A stretch of DNA of 59,252 nucleotides, from positions 1-59,252 of the forward strand of contig JAFZSF010000012.1 in the NCBI GenBank assembly GCA_017619495.1, written 5' to 3'. The position numbers and the translations under genes are program-made. Under the pieces are notes generated by a model. It was not told where the DNA came from and searched no databases. It worked only from the letters and a program-made list of their open reading frames with translations. This DNA comes from Clostridia bacterium. GTDB taxonomy: Bacteria > Bacillota > Clostridia > Christensenellales > UBA1242. Numbering within the stretch: position 1 is the first letter of the stretch; each line of letters begins with the position of its first letter. Below, piece after piece: positions 26,170 through 35,825 of this stretch.

Positions 26170-26244
26170 TGGTCGGGGATGTGGGATTTGAACTCACGGC
26201 CTCTTGCTCCCAAAACAAGCGCGCTACCCCTGCGCCAATCCCCG
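26170..26244 (-). tRNA. tRNA-Pro (UGG)
   Basis: The minus strand reads CGGGGATTGGCGCAGGGGTAGCGCGCTTGTTTTGGGAGCAAG...GTTCAAATCCCAC...CCA. There is one mismatch in the T-stem. A TTGCAA/TATATT promoter lies upstream. Confidence 0.85.
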
Positions 26245-26402
26245 ATAAGTTAATATAGGCTAAAACTTAAAAAATTGCAAGTGTTTCTTAATTTGTACAT
26301 GGAAATGGATAAGAATAGCTGTTGGTTTGCGGGTGCTAATTCGGGTCATTTTTTTATGGGTGGATATTGTAATCAATATGTTTTTATGTTATACATATTT
26401 AT

Positions 26403-27011
26403 ATGGGAAAAAAAGTAGGAAAGGTAAAAGATTTGAAATTAGAGCAGTTGAAATCAGATCAACTGAAAATAGTTGGTACAGTTAGTAAAATTTTGCGGGA
26501 AATCGATTATGTTAAAACGGATTGTGTAAGGTCAGATGATGACAATTTACTTAATCAAGGAAATACCTTTGAAGGTGTACTTGGCGCGAATGTATATTTT
26601 GTTGGTCATGATATGGTGATCGAGGGTGATAACGGCCTTTTAAAGCGTACGGAAGTTGAATTGCGTAAACATTCAGATGAAACTGGCCATGAGGATCAAA
26701 GTTTATGCCATATTTATCAGACAACTTGTTGGGATCGTAGTTTGTGTCGCCGGCCAAATGCTTTAAAAGATCTGTTAATTACACTCGTGACTCCGAACTG
26801 CCTTAAACAAGAGAAAAATACCCAGAAAATGGCAATTAAAACTAAAAATGGTTTATTAAATGTTCATTGTACAGCACAAGAGAGTCCCATTAACTTTGTT
26901 AATTATTTGTATAATACTGTGAGTAGTAGTATTCGTCATGTAGTATCAGAGCGTGAAAATTACGGAGCAGATTCAAACAAAATTTTAGATTTTGTAACAA
27001 AAGGTAAATAA
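26403..27011 (+). CDS. hypothetical protein (202 aa)
   Basis: The ORF starts 7 nt after TGtTATACA. No family recognised. Confidence 0.5.
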   Translation: MGKKVGKVKDLKLEQLKSDQLKIVGTVSKILREIDYVKTDCVRSDDDNLLNQGNTFEGVLGANVYFVGHDMVIEGDNGLLKRTEVELRKHSDETGHEDQSLCHIYQTTCWDRSLCRRPNALKDLLITLVTPNCLKQEKNTQKMAIKTKNGLLNVHCTAQESPINFVNYLYNTVSSSIRHVVSERENYGADSNKILDFVTKGK

Positions 27012-27075
27012 TGATCAGCAAAATAATTCCCTTGACTTATTGGCGTTTTGAAAAAATAATTTAATGTAGGTTTTT

Positions 27076-29262
27076 ATGGAACTATTAGCACCGGCGGGGG
27101 ATATTAAGAGTTTTTATGCGGCCATCTATAATGGCGCTGATGCGGTTTATTTAGGCTTACAAAATTTTAATGCACGGATTAAGGCCGATAATTTTACGGC
27201 GGATAATTTAGCTGATCTTGTTGCTTGGGCACATTTATATCATGTCAAAGTTTATGTCACGATTAATATTCTGATTAGTGATGATGAGGTCGACGATTTT
27301 TTGGCGACGGTGCGGGCTTGCGTACGGGCGCATGTCGATGCTTACATTGTTCAAGATTTCGGTATGGCGCAGTTGTTGCAACGGACTTTCCCCGGAATTG
27401 TGTTACATGCCAGTACACAAATGGGAATCCATAATTTAAGCGGGGCTAAGGTCTTGGAAAAATTAGGGTTTAAGCGGGTTGTTTTGGCGCGCGAAACTAA
27501 ATTGGACGATATTAAATTAATTCGTCAGCATACCAAGTTGGAAATCGAATATTTTGTGCAAGGGGCGTTATGTGTGGCGTTTTCGGGCAATTGCTATTTA
27601 AGTTCAATTAAGAACGGCAATAGTGGTAACCGCGGCAAATGTTTACAGTTATGTCGCTTGCCGTATCAAGTTTACGCCGGCGAAAAGTTATTGAACGCAG
27701 GATATTTCTTGTCAGCGAAAGATTTATGCTTAATGCAACGCTTGCCGGAATTAATTGCGGCGGGAGTTGATTGTTTGAAAATTGAAGGGCGTTTGAAACG
27801 CGCGAGTTATGTGGCGCAGGTAGTGAGAAGTTATCGCCAAGCACTCGATGATTGGGCTGGTACTGATGTTGCGGCGGAACAGCGTAAAATCAGTACTTTG
27901 TTTGCGCGGGGAGCTTTTAATGAAAATGCCTATTTACACCATAATTTTGCGATTATTAATCCGCAGGTTGGGCACCACCAAGGTAAGAAAATTGGTATGG
28001 TAGTGGATACGGTGCGGTTCAAAAATATTTTTAAAATTACTTTACAAATTGATGCACCAATTGGTCAAAACGATGCCATTCGTTTGGTACAAGGAAATCG
28101 ACAATTTAGTATTGGGGTTGGGAATGTTAATCAATTGAGCAACGGGTGCGTGGATATTTTTTCCAAACAAAATGTGCCGGCGGGGGCCGAGGTTTATTTG
28201 TTAAAAAGTGCCGCTAAGGAAAAAGTGCTGGCCGACTTTGTGCGTTATTTGCCCATTGATTTCTACTTTACTGGGCGCATCGGTGCCCCTGCACAGTTGG
28301 TTGCAAACCATGGTGCAGTTTCAGTTATGGTTAAGAGTGAACAGCCATTGGCGGCGGCGCGTACTGCGGGTCTGACGACTGCGCAAGTGCAAAAGCAATT
28401 GAGTAAATTAAACGATACGCCCTTTCGTTTGCACCATTTAGAAATTAATCTGGACGCTGTGTTTATGGCGGTATCTGCATTAAATGACCTCAGGCGTAAA
28501 GCTGTTATCGCGTTAAAACAAGCCGTGCTGGACCAGTATCATGCGGGTTTGCCCGCCATTAGTGAAACGAAGTGTGACCAGTTACCGGTGTTAAATACAC
28601 CCCCGCAAAATTTTTACCTTGTATCCGATGTGCGCGATTTACAACAGGTCGATTGGCATGACTATGGGGTAATAATTTGTCCGCGCGAATATAGTCTAGC
28701 GACGGTCGAACGCTTGGTGTCTGCTGTTGTGGCGTTAGGGGTGGAGCGCAAGTTGATTTATCTTAATTTGCCAGTAGTTGCCACCGAAGCCGAAATGGAA
28801 CTTTTAGATCATATTTTAAGCGCGCAAAAAATGGGGATTGTTGCTAATAACTACGCGCATTTGCGTTGGGTGCAACAGTATCCAACTGTCGCTGGAACAG
28901 GTTTGAATGTCTACAATCAATACACGGCAGCAGCGTTAATTAAATTGGGCTGTCAAAATATCATTTGGTCAATTGAGAAAACGCCGACTTGTGCATGTGG
29001 TAGTGCGTTAGTTAGTGGGTATCCAGCGTTAATGACTTTGTGTCATTGTCCCGTACAAACTGTTTACGGGTCAGACTGTACGCAGTGCCACTACCACAAT
29101 AATTTGATTTATCAAGACGAAAAGCAGAATCGCTACCGTTTTCGGCGCGTTAAAATTAGCCATTGCTATTTTGAACTATACAGTGAAGAGCGGTACGAAA
29201 AAGCCACCCCCACAGGTAAGATTTACGATTTAAGGAGTACGCCATGGAAAAGTATGAAATAA
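27076..29262 (+). CDS. peptidase U32 family protein (long form)
   Basis: MELLAPAGD...GADAVYLG...FNAR N-terminal signature and Cys-rich segments typical of the U32 family. Confidence 0.85.
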   Translation: MELLAPAGDIKSFYAAIYNGADAVYLGLQNFNARIKADNFTADNLADLVAWAHLYHVKVYVTINILISDDEVDDFLATVRACVRAHVDAYIVQDFGMAQLLQRTFPGIVLHASTQMGIHNLSGAKVLEKLGFKRVVLARETKLDDIKLIRQHTKLEIEYFVQGALCVAFSGNCYLSSIKNGNSGNRGKCLQLCRLPYQVYAGEKLLNAGYFLSAKDLCLMQRLPELIAAGVDCLKIEGRLKRASYVAQVVRSYRQALDDWAGTDVAAEQRKISTLFARGAFNENAYLHHNFAIINPQVGHHQGKKIGMVVDTVRFKNIFKITLQIDAPIGQNDAIRLVQGNRQFSIGVGNVNQLSNGCVDIFSKQNVPAGAEVYLLKSAAKEKVLADFVRYLPIDFYFTGRIGAPAQLVANHGAVSVMVKSEQPLAAARTAGLTTAQVQKQLSKLNDTPFRLHHLEINLDAVFMAVSALNDLRRKAVIALKQAVLDQYHAGLPAISETKCDQLPVLNTPPQNFYLVSDVRDLQQVDWHDYGVIICPREYSLATVERLVSAVVALGVERKLIYLNLPVVATEAEMELLDHILSAQKMGIVANNYAHLRWVQQYPTVAGTGLNVYNQYTAAALIKLGCQNIIWSIEKTPTCACGSALVSGYPALMTLCHCPVQTVYGSDCTQCHYHNNLIYQDEKQNRYRFRRVKISHCYFELYSEERYEKATPTGKIYDLRSTPWKSMK

Positions 29263-30386
29263 TTATTATTGGTGCTGGCGCCAGTGGTATCATGTGTGCT
29301 TTGAACACTAATCGGCAAGTTTTATTATTAGAAGCCAGTGACCGTGTGGGTAAAAAAATTTTGGTGACTGGTAATGGCAAATGCAATATTACCAACGACC
29401 ATGTGGTAGCTGCCTGCTATAATACACCTTTGGTAGACCGTTATTTGGCACAATTTAATTCCAATCAAACTTTGCAATATTTCACGCAATTGGGAATCTT
29501 TACTTATGCCGATGAACAGGGGCGTCGTTATCCGTTGTCAAATAGTGCTAATTCAGTATTAGACCTGTTATTTAAAGCATTAAGTTTGCGCCGTAATGTT
29601 AAAATTAAAGTTAACGCGCGACCACAAGTAGTGGCAAAGACGCCGCACGGTTTTACTGTTACCACCGAAGGTAGTACTTATCAGTGTGATAAATTGGTTT
29701 TGGCGACGGGCGGAAATAGTGGTACGCAATATTTGCAACAATTGCAAGTTGCTTATTGTCCATTTCGACCCAGTTTGATGGGGTTAAAGACAACTAAAAA
29801 CAAAGGTTTGGCTGGCGTGCGGGTAAGCAATGTACGCGTGCGTTGGCGTCACTTTGATGAAGTGGGTGAAGTTCTGTTCAAAGATGATGGAATCAGTGGA
29901 ATTGTAATTTTCAACTTATCGGCACATTTAGCGCGTAATAATATACGGGCAGGAAAGCTTAGCCTTGATTTATTGGCCGGGGTGGCAGAAGACCAATTAC
30001 TGGCAATGTTAAAAATCAGTGTCCAGCATAACCCTGCATACACTTTAAGTGAAATTTTAGCGGGTCTGTTACATAAAAGTTTGGCGCGCAATCTTGTTGA
30101 AAGATTGGGATTACAACAAAAGTTAGCGCAAGATTGTACGGAGTCTGATTTGCGTGGCTTAGTTAATGCGCTTAAAAATTACACAGTAGACTTTATTGGT
30201 TATGCGGATAATCAACAAGTACATACGGGCGGAGTAGACTTACAGGATTTAGATGGAAATTTACAGCATAAACAAGTGCGCAATTTGTATTTGGCTGGTG
30301 AAGTCGTGAATGTCGACGGTGTTTGCGGGGGGTATAATTTGCAGTGGGCGTGGACCAGCGGTAAAATTGTTGGTAATAATTTGTGA
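29244..30386 (+). CDS. NAD(P)/FAD-dependent oxidoreductase, HI0933/BaiN-like flavoprotein
   Basis: IIIGAGASG dinucleotide motif and the GKKILVTGNGKCNITN signature. SD (taaggag). The start overlaps the U32 gene by 19 nt. Confidence 0.85.
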   Translation: MEKYEIIIIGAGASGIMCALNTNRQVLLLEASDRVGKKILVTGNGKCNITNDHVVAACYNTPLVDRYLAQFNSNQTLQYFTQLGIFTYADEQGRRYPLSNSANSVLDLLFKALSLRRNVKIKVNARPQVVAKTPHGFTVTTEGSTYQCDKLVLATGGNSGTQYLQQLQVAYCPFRPSLMGLKTTKNKGLAGVRVSNVRVRWRHFDEVGEVLFKDDGISGIVIFNLSAHLARNNIRAGKLSLDLLAGVAEDQLLAMLKISVQHNPAYTLSEILAGLLHKSLARNLVERLGLQQKLAQDCTESDLRGLVNALKNYTVDFIGYADNQQVHTGGVDLQDLDGNLQHKQVRNLYLAGEVVNVDGVCGGYNLQWAWTSGKIVGNNL

Positions 30387-30440
30387 AATATTATGCGCTA
30401 AGTCTTGAAAACGGAATTGTATTTATGGTAAGCTGAAGCT

Positions 30441-31091
30441 ATGAAAAATTATATAGCGCGTAGACAAGCAACCAATTTGCAAATAGTTGAAAAAATTTTA
30501 ACTGATATTTACAGCCGTAAAAGGCCTGTGAAAGATGATAAGCCAACTGACAGCGACAAGAAAGGTCGTTTCTTTTGCAAGTTGGGTGAGTATGTTGCCT
30601 GTTATGGTAGTTGGACTGCGGCGGAAAATCAAACCAGTGAAGTGGTAGATAAGTATGCTAGTGAGCAGATCAAAATTTTAGCGCATGGTCAAATTATCGC
30701 TAATATTAATATTAAAAATGTGATGAATGATTTTGGTGGCAAACGCCAGCCGCTGCCGATGACCATTATGCAAGTCTTTTCGCCGAATTGTGGTGATCAA
30801 GGTCGTTTAAGTCGTGAAGCCGAAGGTACAAAACAGTTACAAGTATTCCACGCTCCGGACGAAAATATTGATGATGTGATTAACCGCTTGAACGACCAAA
30901 TTGCACACAGCAAAGCGGAATGGAGGTATCTAGATAAATTTCGTGATACAGCCAGCCTTGCGATGCGGTTAGCTCAAGACGGTCAGTCTGCAACCGATGA
31001 TTTTAAGCAATTCTGTAAATTAACTACTCCGGTTTGTAATTTTCAAGAAAAAGGTTTGAAACCTAAGTTACCTGATAGTGAAAAATACTAA
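30441..31091 (+). CDS. hypothetical protein (216 aa)
   Basis: The ORF begins 6 nt after a TTGAAA (30405) / TGgTAAGCT (30426-30434) promoter and is followed by a terminator (AACCCGCaccaGCGGGTTTTT). No family recognised. Confidence 0.55.
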   Translation: MKNYIARRQATNLQIVEKILTDIYSRKRPVKDDKPTDSDKKGRFFCKLGEYVACYGSWTAAENQTSEVVDKYASEQIKILAHGQIIANINIKNVMNDFGGKRQPLPMTIMQVFSPNCGDQGRLSREAEGTKQLQVFHAPDENIDDVINRLNDQIAHSKAEWRYLDKFRDTASLAMRLAQDGQSATDDFKQFCKLTTPVCNFQEKGLKPKLPDSEKY

Positions 31092-31134
31092 AACCATGAA
31101 CCCGCACCAGCGGGTTTTTGTTTGAAAAAAACTG

Positions 31135-31190
31135 GTTGCAATAGTAATTAAAATTGATTATAATAAATTGAATTCAATTAAATTGAATTA
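31135..31190 (+). promoter_or_regulatory. gpx-marR promoter with an AT-rich palindromic operator
   Basis: TTGCAA (31135-31140), an 18-nt spacer, TATAAT (31159-31164), then the perfect palindrome AATTGAATTCAATT (31166-31179) and a further AATTGAATT half-site (31181-31189). Confidence 0.6.
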
Positions 31191-31205
31191 AATTTAGGAG
31201 ATGAA

Positions 31206-31745
31206 ATGAACATTTATGATTTTACGGTCAAGGACCGCAACGGGACAGATGTAAAACTATCTGATTACCGTGGTAAAGTATTGCTGATTGTAAATACGGC
31301 AACGGGGTGTGGTTTTACACCGCAATATAATGCCTTGCAGGATATTTATACGGTACATCAAAAAGACGGCTTGGAAATTTTAGATTTTCCGTGCAACCAG
31401 TTTGGGGAACAAGCCCCCGGTAGTAACGCAGAAATTCACGAGTTTTGTACGCTGCGTTATCAAATAACTTTCCCGCAGTTTGCCAAAGTTGATGTCAATG
31501 GTGATAACGCGATTCCGTTATACCAATATTTAGTTGCCAATAGTAAGTTCCAAGGTTTTAAGGGTGTGGGCGGTTTAGTTATGTCGCAAGTGATTAAGCG
31601 TCAGGACAAGGACTACAAAAATAATAATAAAATTAAATGGAACTTTACCAAGTTTTTAATTAATCGTGCAGGTGAAATTATTGCGCGTTTTGAACCAACG
31701 GTTAGTATGAAAGAAGTTAGAAAACAAATTGAAAAAGTGTTATAA
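31206..31745 (+). CDS. glutathione peroxidase family protein (Cys type)
   Basis: NTATGCGFTPQY and FPCNQFGEQAPG motifs. Confidence 0.9.
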   Translation: MNIYDFTVKDRNGTDVKLSDYRGKVLLIVNTATGCGFTPQYNALQDIYTVHQKDGLEILDFPCNQFGEQAPGSNAEIHEFCTLRYQITFPQFAKVDVNGDNAIPLYQYLVANSKFQGFKGVGGLVMSQVIKRQDKDYKNNNKIKWNFTKFLINRAGEIIARFEPTVSMKEVRKQIEKVL

Positions 31746-31770
31746 TGATAACTAGCAAAAGGAGTAAACA

Positions 31771-32199
31771 ATGGATAAATATGATTGTTTGAAATTAGAA
31801 AATCAACTGTGTTTTCCGCTGTACGCTTGCGCCCGTGGTTTGGTTAAAAAGTATAACCCGCATTTGGCGGAATTGGGGTTGACCTATACCCAATACATTG
31901 CTATGATGGTGTTTTGGGAAAAGGGTAGTTGCAGTGCCAAAGCATTAGGTGATTTATTGTATTTAGATTCGGGAACTTTGACGCCGGTTTTGAAAAGTCT
32001 GGAACAAAAAGGTTTGGTAAAACGCGGTCGTTCTAGTACCGACGAACGCGTCTTGATGATTGAAATTACCGCGCAAGGTAAAGCGTTACAGGAGCGTGCC
32101 GTCGCAATTCCCGCTAAGATGGCGCCTTGTGTAAATTTAACGACAGAGGAGTCCAAAAATCTTTACCAAACTTTGCATAAACTTTTGGCGCAAATGTGA
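31771..32199 (+). CDS. MarR family transcriptional regulator, OhrR-like
   Basis: N-terminal LENQLCFPLYA carries the reactive-Cys context seen in OhrR. A winged-helix region (LDSGTLTPVLKSLEQKGLVKR) follows. Confidence 0.8.
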   Translation: MDKYDCLKLENQLCFPLYACARGLVKKYNPHLAELGLTYTQYIAMMVFWEKGSCSAKALGDLLYLDSGTLTPVLKSLEQKGLVKRGRSSTDERVLMIEITAQGKALQERAVAIPAKMAPCVNLTTEESKNLYQTLHKLLAQM

Positions 32200-32221
32200 A
32201 ATTGCTAAACTCTGACAGATT

Positions 32222-32252
32222 AAAAAAAAGCCCGTGTGATACGGGCTTTTTT
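32222..32252. terminator. bidirectional terminator
   Basis: AAAAAAAAGCCCGTgtgatACGGGCTTTTTT between convergent genes. Confidence 0.8.
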
Positions 32253-32265
32253 AATGACTAATTGA

Positions 32266-33117
32266 TTACATATTGTCGATAATAGATTTGCGTTTAGCGT
32301 CGTATTCGGCTTGGGTAATTAAACCTTTATCCAGCATAGTCTTGATTTTTTCCAATTGAGTTTCGGCGTCATCAGTTGATCTCTTGTTGGTTTCGGGTTC
32401 ATCTTCATCATCAAGATCCAAAATGCCGACATCACCACTTAATTTGCGGTTCTTAGCCAAAATCGCGTTGCGGACACGGCGTCGGCGTGAGCCGCTGATG
32501 ATACCAAAGAAGGCAATCAGATAAGCAACCGATAAAATAATTAAGGCGCGCACAATTGGATTGAAGAACAGTAAGTCGCGAACTTTGGTCGAGAAGTCAA
32601 TTGCGCCGTCTTGGATTAACACGCCAAAGAGTAGGGTTGACAAGTAGAAATCGACATAAGCCAAACTTAAATAAATGACAACTTGGAACGGAATGTATTT
32701 TTTGTAAAATTTGATGACGCAACTGCAAATACTGGACGCAATGATAACCTGCATTGACAGGAATAAAGTGATACGCACAAAGTGCAAAATGCCAAGGTCG
32801 CCGGTTTGTTTACGCAACGCCCCGAAAACAACCAGGGTAGCAATCTCCCATAACAGAATGCAGATCCCGGTGGCGATTAAGAAGGACAAGGAAAGAATTT
32901 TGTAACGATTTTGGTTGTAATAGTTAGCCCATGGTAAAATCAGCAAAATGCCGAAGAGAGCTAAGCCAACCATCGTGGTTAACTCGATGGCTACCATGGT
33001 GCGCGGTAGTACGCCAGTTATGAAAAGCGAAACTAAACCGATAACCAAAATTAGCCCTATCACAGCGATGTTTTGTAACAGTTTGAACAAGTTAAATTTG
33101 TTTTTATTAGTTTCCAT
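32266..33117 (-). CDS. polytopic membrane protein with a C-terminal SHOCT domain
   Basis: SD (aaaaaggag), about 7 hydrophobic helices, and a C-terminal LDKGLITQAEYDAKRKSII short oligomerisation motif. Confidence 0.7.
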   Translation of the reverse strand: METNKNKFNLFKLLQNIAVIGLILVIGLVSLFITGVLPRTMVAIELTTMVGLALFGILLILPWANYYNQNRYKILSLSFLIATGICILLWEIATLVVFGALRKQTGDLGILHFVRITLFLSMQVIIASSICSCVIKFYKKYIPFQVVIYLSLAYVDFYLSTLLFGVLIQDGAIDFSTKVRDLLFFNPIVRALIILSVAYLIAFFGIISGSRRRRVRNAILAKNRKLSGDVGILDLDDEDEPETNKRSTDDAETQLEKIKTMLDKGLITQAEYDAKRKSIIDNM

Positions 33118-33241
33118 TGATTACTCCTTTTTTATTAACTATATTAGTTTACCATTCTAAGTTTTGTAACGTCAAACTAAAACTAACGCCATAATTAATT
33201 GAACATTGCTAATTTGTGTAAGTAATGTTAAAATGATTATG

Positions 33242-34033
33242 ATGGAAAAAGTAAAAAACGCTTGGCAGCATCTGAAAGAAAAAATTGGTGCAAAATTAAA
33301 TCAAAAACCAACGACGGTTGAAGAACCAGTTAGAGATATCGAAAGCTGGGTAATTGTCAGTGATTTGGCGGTACAACAAGGCGCACCATGTAATCAACCA
33401 ACTGGAGACGAAGTGCTTGATCGCTATCACTGGATGAACCGGGCTGATTTGAAAGAATTATATCATATATCCAGCGACGGTACCCGGATTCCTAATTATT
33501 TTTTGGAACACCCCGTCGGTATGCGTCCCGTTTTGGAAAATGCTTTTTATCATAAATTACAGGTGCAGGGTAGTTTTTTAACTTATAATCAAGCATATGT
33601 TATGTTCCCGCAAAAACAGGTAGAGCCTGCATTAAGTGACCGTTTAACCCAATTAGCGTTAGGTAAAGTGGTGGTGCCGGAAAGTGAGTTCGGACCATTA
33701 AGTTACCGTATGAAACAGTATGGCAAGGAAAGACAACAAGGGATTGAAAATGCCAGTTACTACTACCAAGGACAAGCGTATTGTGCTCGTGTTGACCGTC
33801 AAAACCAAACTGCGCCGGTGCAATGGTTTCGTATCAGTCCGGTTATGGCGGAAAAGGTGGAGGATACAGTTTATTGTAGTGAAGTGTTAATCGCTGATAT
33901 TTGTTACCAACCAGATAAAATTTTGGACGACTTCAAAAACAGCGTTAGCATTAACCATGAAATTCCCTTAATGTATACAAAAACTCCGTGGTCGAAAGGT
34001 ATCGGTGACGATCCTAACGAAATGCAAAAATAA
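33242..34033 (+). CDS. hypothetical protein (263 aa)
   Basis: A TTGCTA (33206) / TGtTAAAAT (33226-33234) promoter lies inside the track ORF's N-terminus, so the start is moved to the ATG at 33239 or 33242. No family recognised. Confidence 0.5.
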   Translation: MEKVKNAWQHLKEKIGAKLNQKPTTVEEPVRDIESWVIVSDLAVQQGAPCNQPTGDEVLDRYHWMNRADLKELYHISSDGTRIPNYFLEHPVGMRPVLENAFYHKLQVQGSFLTYNQAYVMFPQKQVEPALSDRLTQLALGKVVVPESEFGPLSYRMKQYGKERQQGIENASYYYQGQAYCARVDRQNQTAPVQWFRISPVMAEKVEDTVYCSEVLIADICYQPDKILDDFKNSVSINHEIPLMYTKTPWSKGIGDDPNEMQK

Positions 34034-34039
34034 TTAATT

Positions 34040-34116
34040 TGGTGTCAGCGACAGGACTTGAACCTGCAAAAACTGGTTCCTAAGACCAGCGCGTATGCCA
34101 ATTCCGCCACGCTGAC
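34040..34116 (-). tRNA. tRNA-Leu (UAG), 77 nt, with a short 5-nt variable loop
   Basis: The minus strand reads GTCAGCG TG GCGGAATTGGCATACGC G CTGGT CTTAGGA ACCAG TTTTT GCAGG TTCAAGT CCTGT CGCTGAC A CCA. A tgTTATAAT promoter lies upstream. Confidence 0.8.
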
Positions 34117-34242
34117 AATAGGTCATTATAACAGATAAAGTTAATTCTGAAAACTGAATAGTTAAGAAAGCTTGCGGTCGCGGGCTTTTCTTTGTCAGTA
34201 CTTTAAAGACGGCGAGTTCGTTTTTACACTAATGGAAAGGTC

Positions 34243-34273
34243 TTTACAATTCGCTGGGGGGGGGGGGTATACT
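34243..34273 (+). promoter_or_regulatory. promoter with a G12 homopolymer in the -35/-10 spacer (phase-variation candidate)
   Basis: TTTACA (34243-34248), a 19-nt spacer that includes G x12 (34256-34267), then TATACT (34268-34273). It lies upstream of the LRR surface-protein gene. Confidence 0.6.
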
Positions 34274-34331
34274 GTAAGTAACCTTGGTTTAATTTTGTCA
34301 AAAAGTTAAACACTAACAGAGGAGGAAACTA

Positions 34332-35354
34332 ATGAACAAAAAAGCAATTATTGCGGTCTTAAGTGCCTTGGTCTTAACCGTGGTGGCATCGGTAACTTTA
34401 ATTTTAACGGTGGGACAAAAAGCCAGCGCGGATAGCGGTGATATCGCCGTTATGGAAGGTGAACAATATTTCAATATTACAACTAGTGTCATTGATTATG
34501 ACAGCGATTGGATAACTGAAGAAGGATGGAATTTTATTAACAATCATGACAAAGTGAAAATTGTTATTCCCGAAGGTGTTGTAGTACTTGACGGCTATGA
34601 GTATGATGGTGGTAAAACGAATGTTTTTAACAACAATCGTTCAGATAAAATTGTGTCGATCGTTTTGCCCAGTACGTTGATTCGAATTGGTGTAGCTGCA
34701 TTGTCTAATTTGGAAAATGTTTCCAGTATAGAAATTCCGGAAGGAGTAACAAGTATTCGCCGTTTTGCTTTCTCTGGTTGTGGAATTACCACCTTAAATT
34801 TACCGTCAACTTTAACAAGTATTGATAATGGTGCATTTGAGGATTGCCATAATTTAACAACTGTTTTTATTCCCAAAAGTGTAACTGAAATGGAAGGAAA
34901 CGTTTTTTGCCGTGGGGATTTCGGTGACTATAGTATGTGGCCGGAGATTACATACTATTTAGATAGTTTGTCTACTATTTATTGTGAAGCAGAGTCAAAA
35001 CCCGCAGGTTGGGATAATGATTGGTTGGTTGTTTATACAGAACCTTACGATTACATACGTACGCATGAGCAAGAAACTGTAGATGATGTTGAAGTTGTTT
35101 GGGGTTACAAGCCGCAAGGTACTAATCAGGAAGAAAACCCAAACGATGAAGAAAACAATCAACAAAGTGAAAACGAAAACAATACCCAAAGCGAAAATGA
35201 AAGTGACGATGTATCCGAAGTTGGTAATACTGTTACTCAAAACAATAATGGTAACGAGGTTAGAGCGGCTGCGGCTGCGGGAATTGGTAGCGGTGTAACA
35301 GGCGTTGCTTTAGGCAGTGTATTAGGTGTAGTCTTGAGAAGACGCCGTAAATAA
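34332..35354 (+). CDS. BspA-type LRR surface protein with a C-terminal membrane anchor
   Basis: SD (agaggagg), a signal-anchor, LRR units (GVAALSNLENVSSIEIPEGVTSI; FAFSGCGITTLNLP; GAFEDCHNLTTVFIP), an N/E/Q-rich linker, and a C-terminal hydrophobic helix followed by RRRRK. Confidence 0.75.
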   Translation: MNKKAIIAVLSALVLTVVASVTLILTVGQKASADSGDIAVMEGEQYFNITTSVIDYDSDWITEEGWNFINNHDKVKIVIPEGVVVLDGYEYDGGKTNVFNNNRSDKIVSIVLPSTLIRIGVAALSNLENVSSIEIPEGVTSIRRFAFSGCGITTLNLPSTLTSIDNGAFEDCHNLTTVFIPKSVTEMEGNVFCRGDFGDYSMWPEITYYLDSLSTIYCEAESKPAGWDNDWLVVYTEPYDYIRTHEQETVDDVEVVWGYKPQGTNQEENPNDEENNQQSENENNTQSENESDDVSEVGNTVTQNNNGNEVRAAAAAGIGSGVTGVALGSVLGVVLRRRRK

Positions 35355-35413
35355 TTAAGTTAAAATAAGCACGAAAAAACCGCTCTCGAATTTGTCGGGT
35401 TTTTCTTTTGGAA

Positions 35414-35797
35414 TTAAATTTCCACGGTCAGCAAGTACCTTGCGCCGTTAGGAAAGGTGATTTCGCAGTCGCGGACGGTCGCATTTAATAGGTTGTGGCA
35501 AATATCGTCCAAATATGCGCGACATTCTTCGGTGTTATGTAAGGTCAAAAGTTCATTGTGCGGTTGGCCATAATCATGTCGGTGGCGGTAATGGTAGGTA
35601 TGCGGGTGCTTGATTGCAGTAAACGCCGGCGTGTCGTTGTTACTTAATGACGCGGGGGTAACTTGCGGGGCACGAATTACAGCGTGGCTTTGGTCGGGAA
35701 AAGTAATGACCAAAGTTTGTTGGGTTAAAGTAAACGGGTTAGTAATTTCTAAGCGAAACGCGGCAAAAATCGCTTCGATAACGGGATTAGTAATCAT
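35414..35797 (-). CDS. hypothetical protein (127 aa)
   Basis: ORF downstream of ung on the same strand. No family recognised. Confidence 0.45.
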   Translation of the reverse strand: MITNPVIEAIFAAFRLEITNPFTLTQQTLVITFPDQSHAVIRAPQVTPASLSNNDTPAFTAIKHPHTYHYRHRHDYGQPHNELLTLHNTEECRAYLDDICHNLLNATVRDCEITFPNGARYLLTVEI

Positions 35798-35825
35798 AAA
35801 ATTATTATTTACTTCTTTTAGTAGT

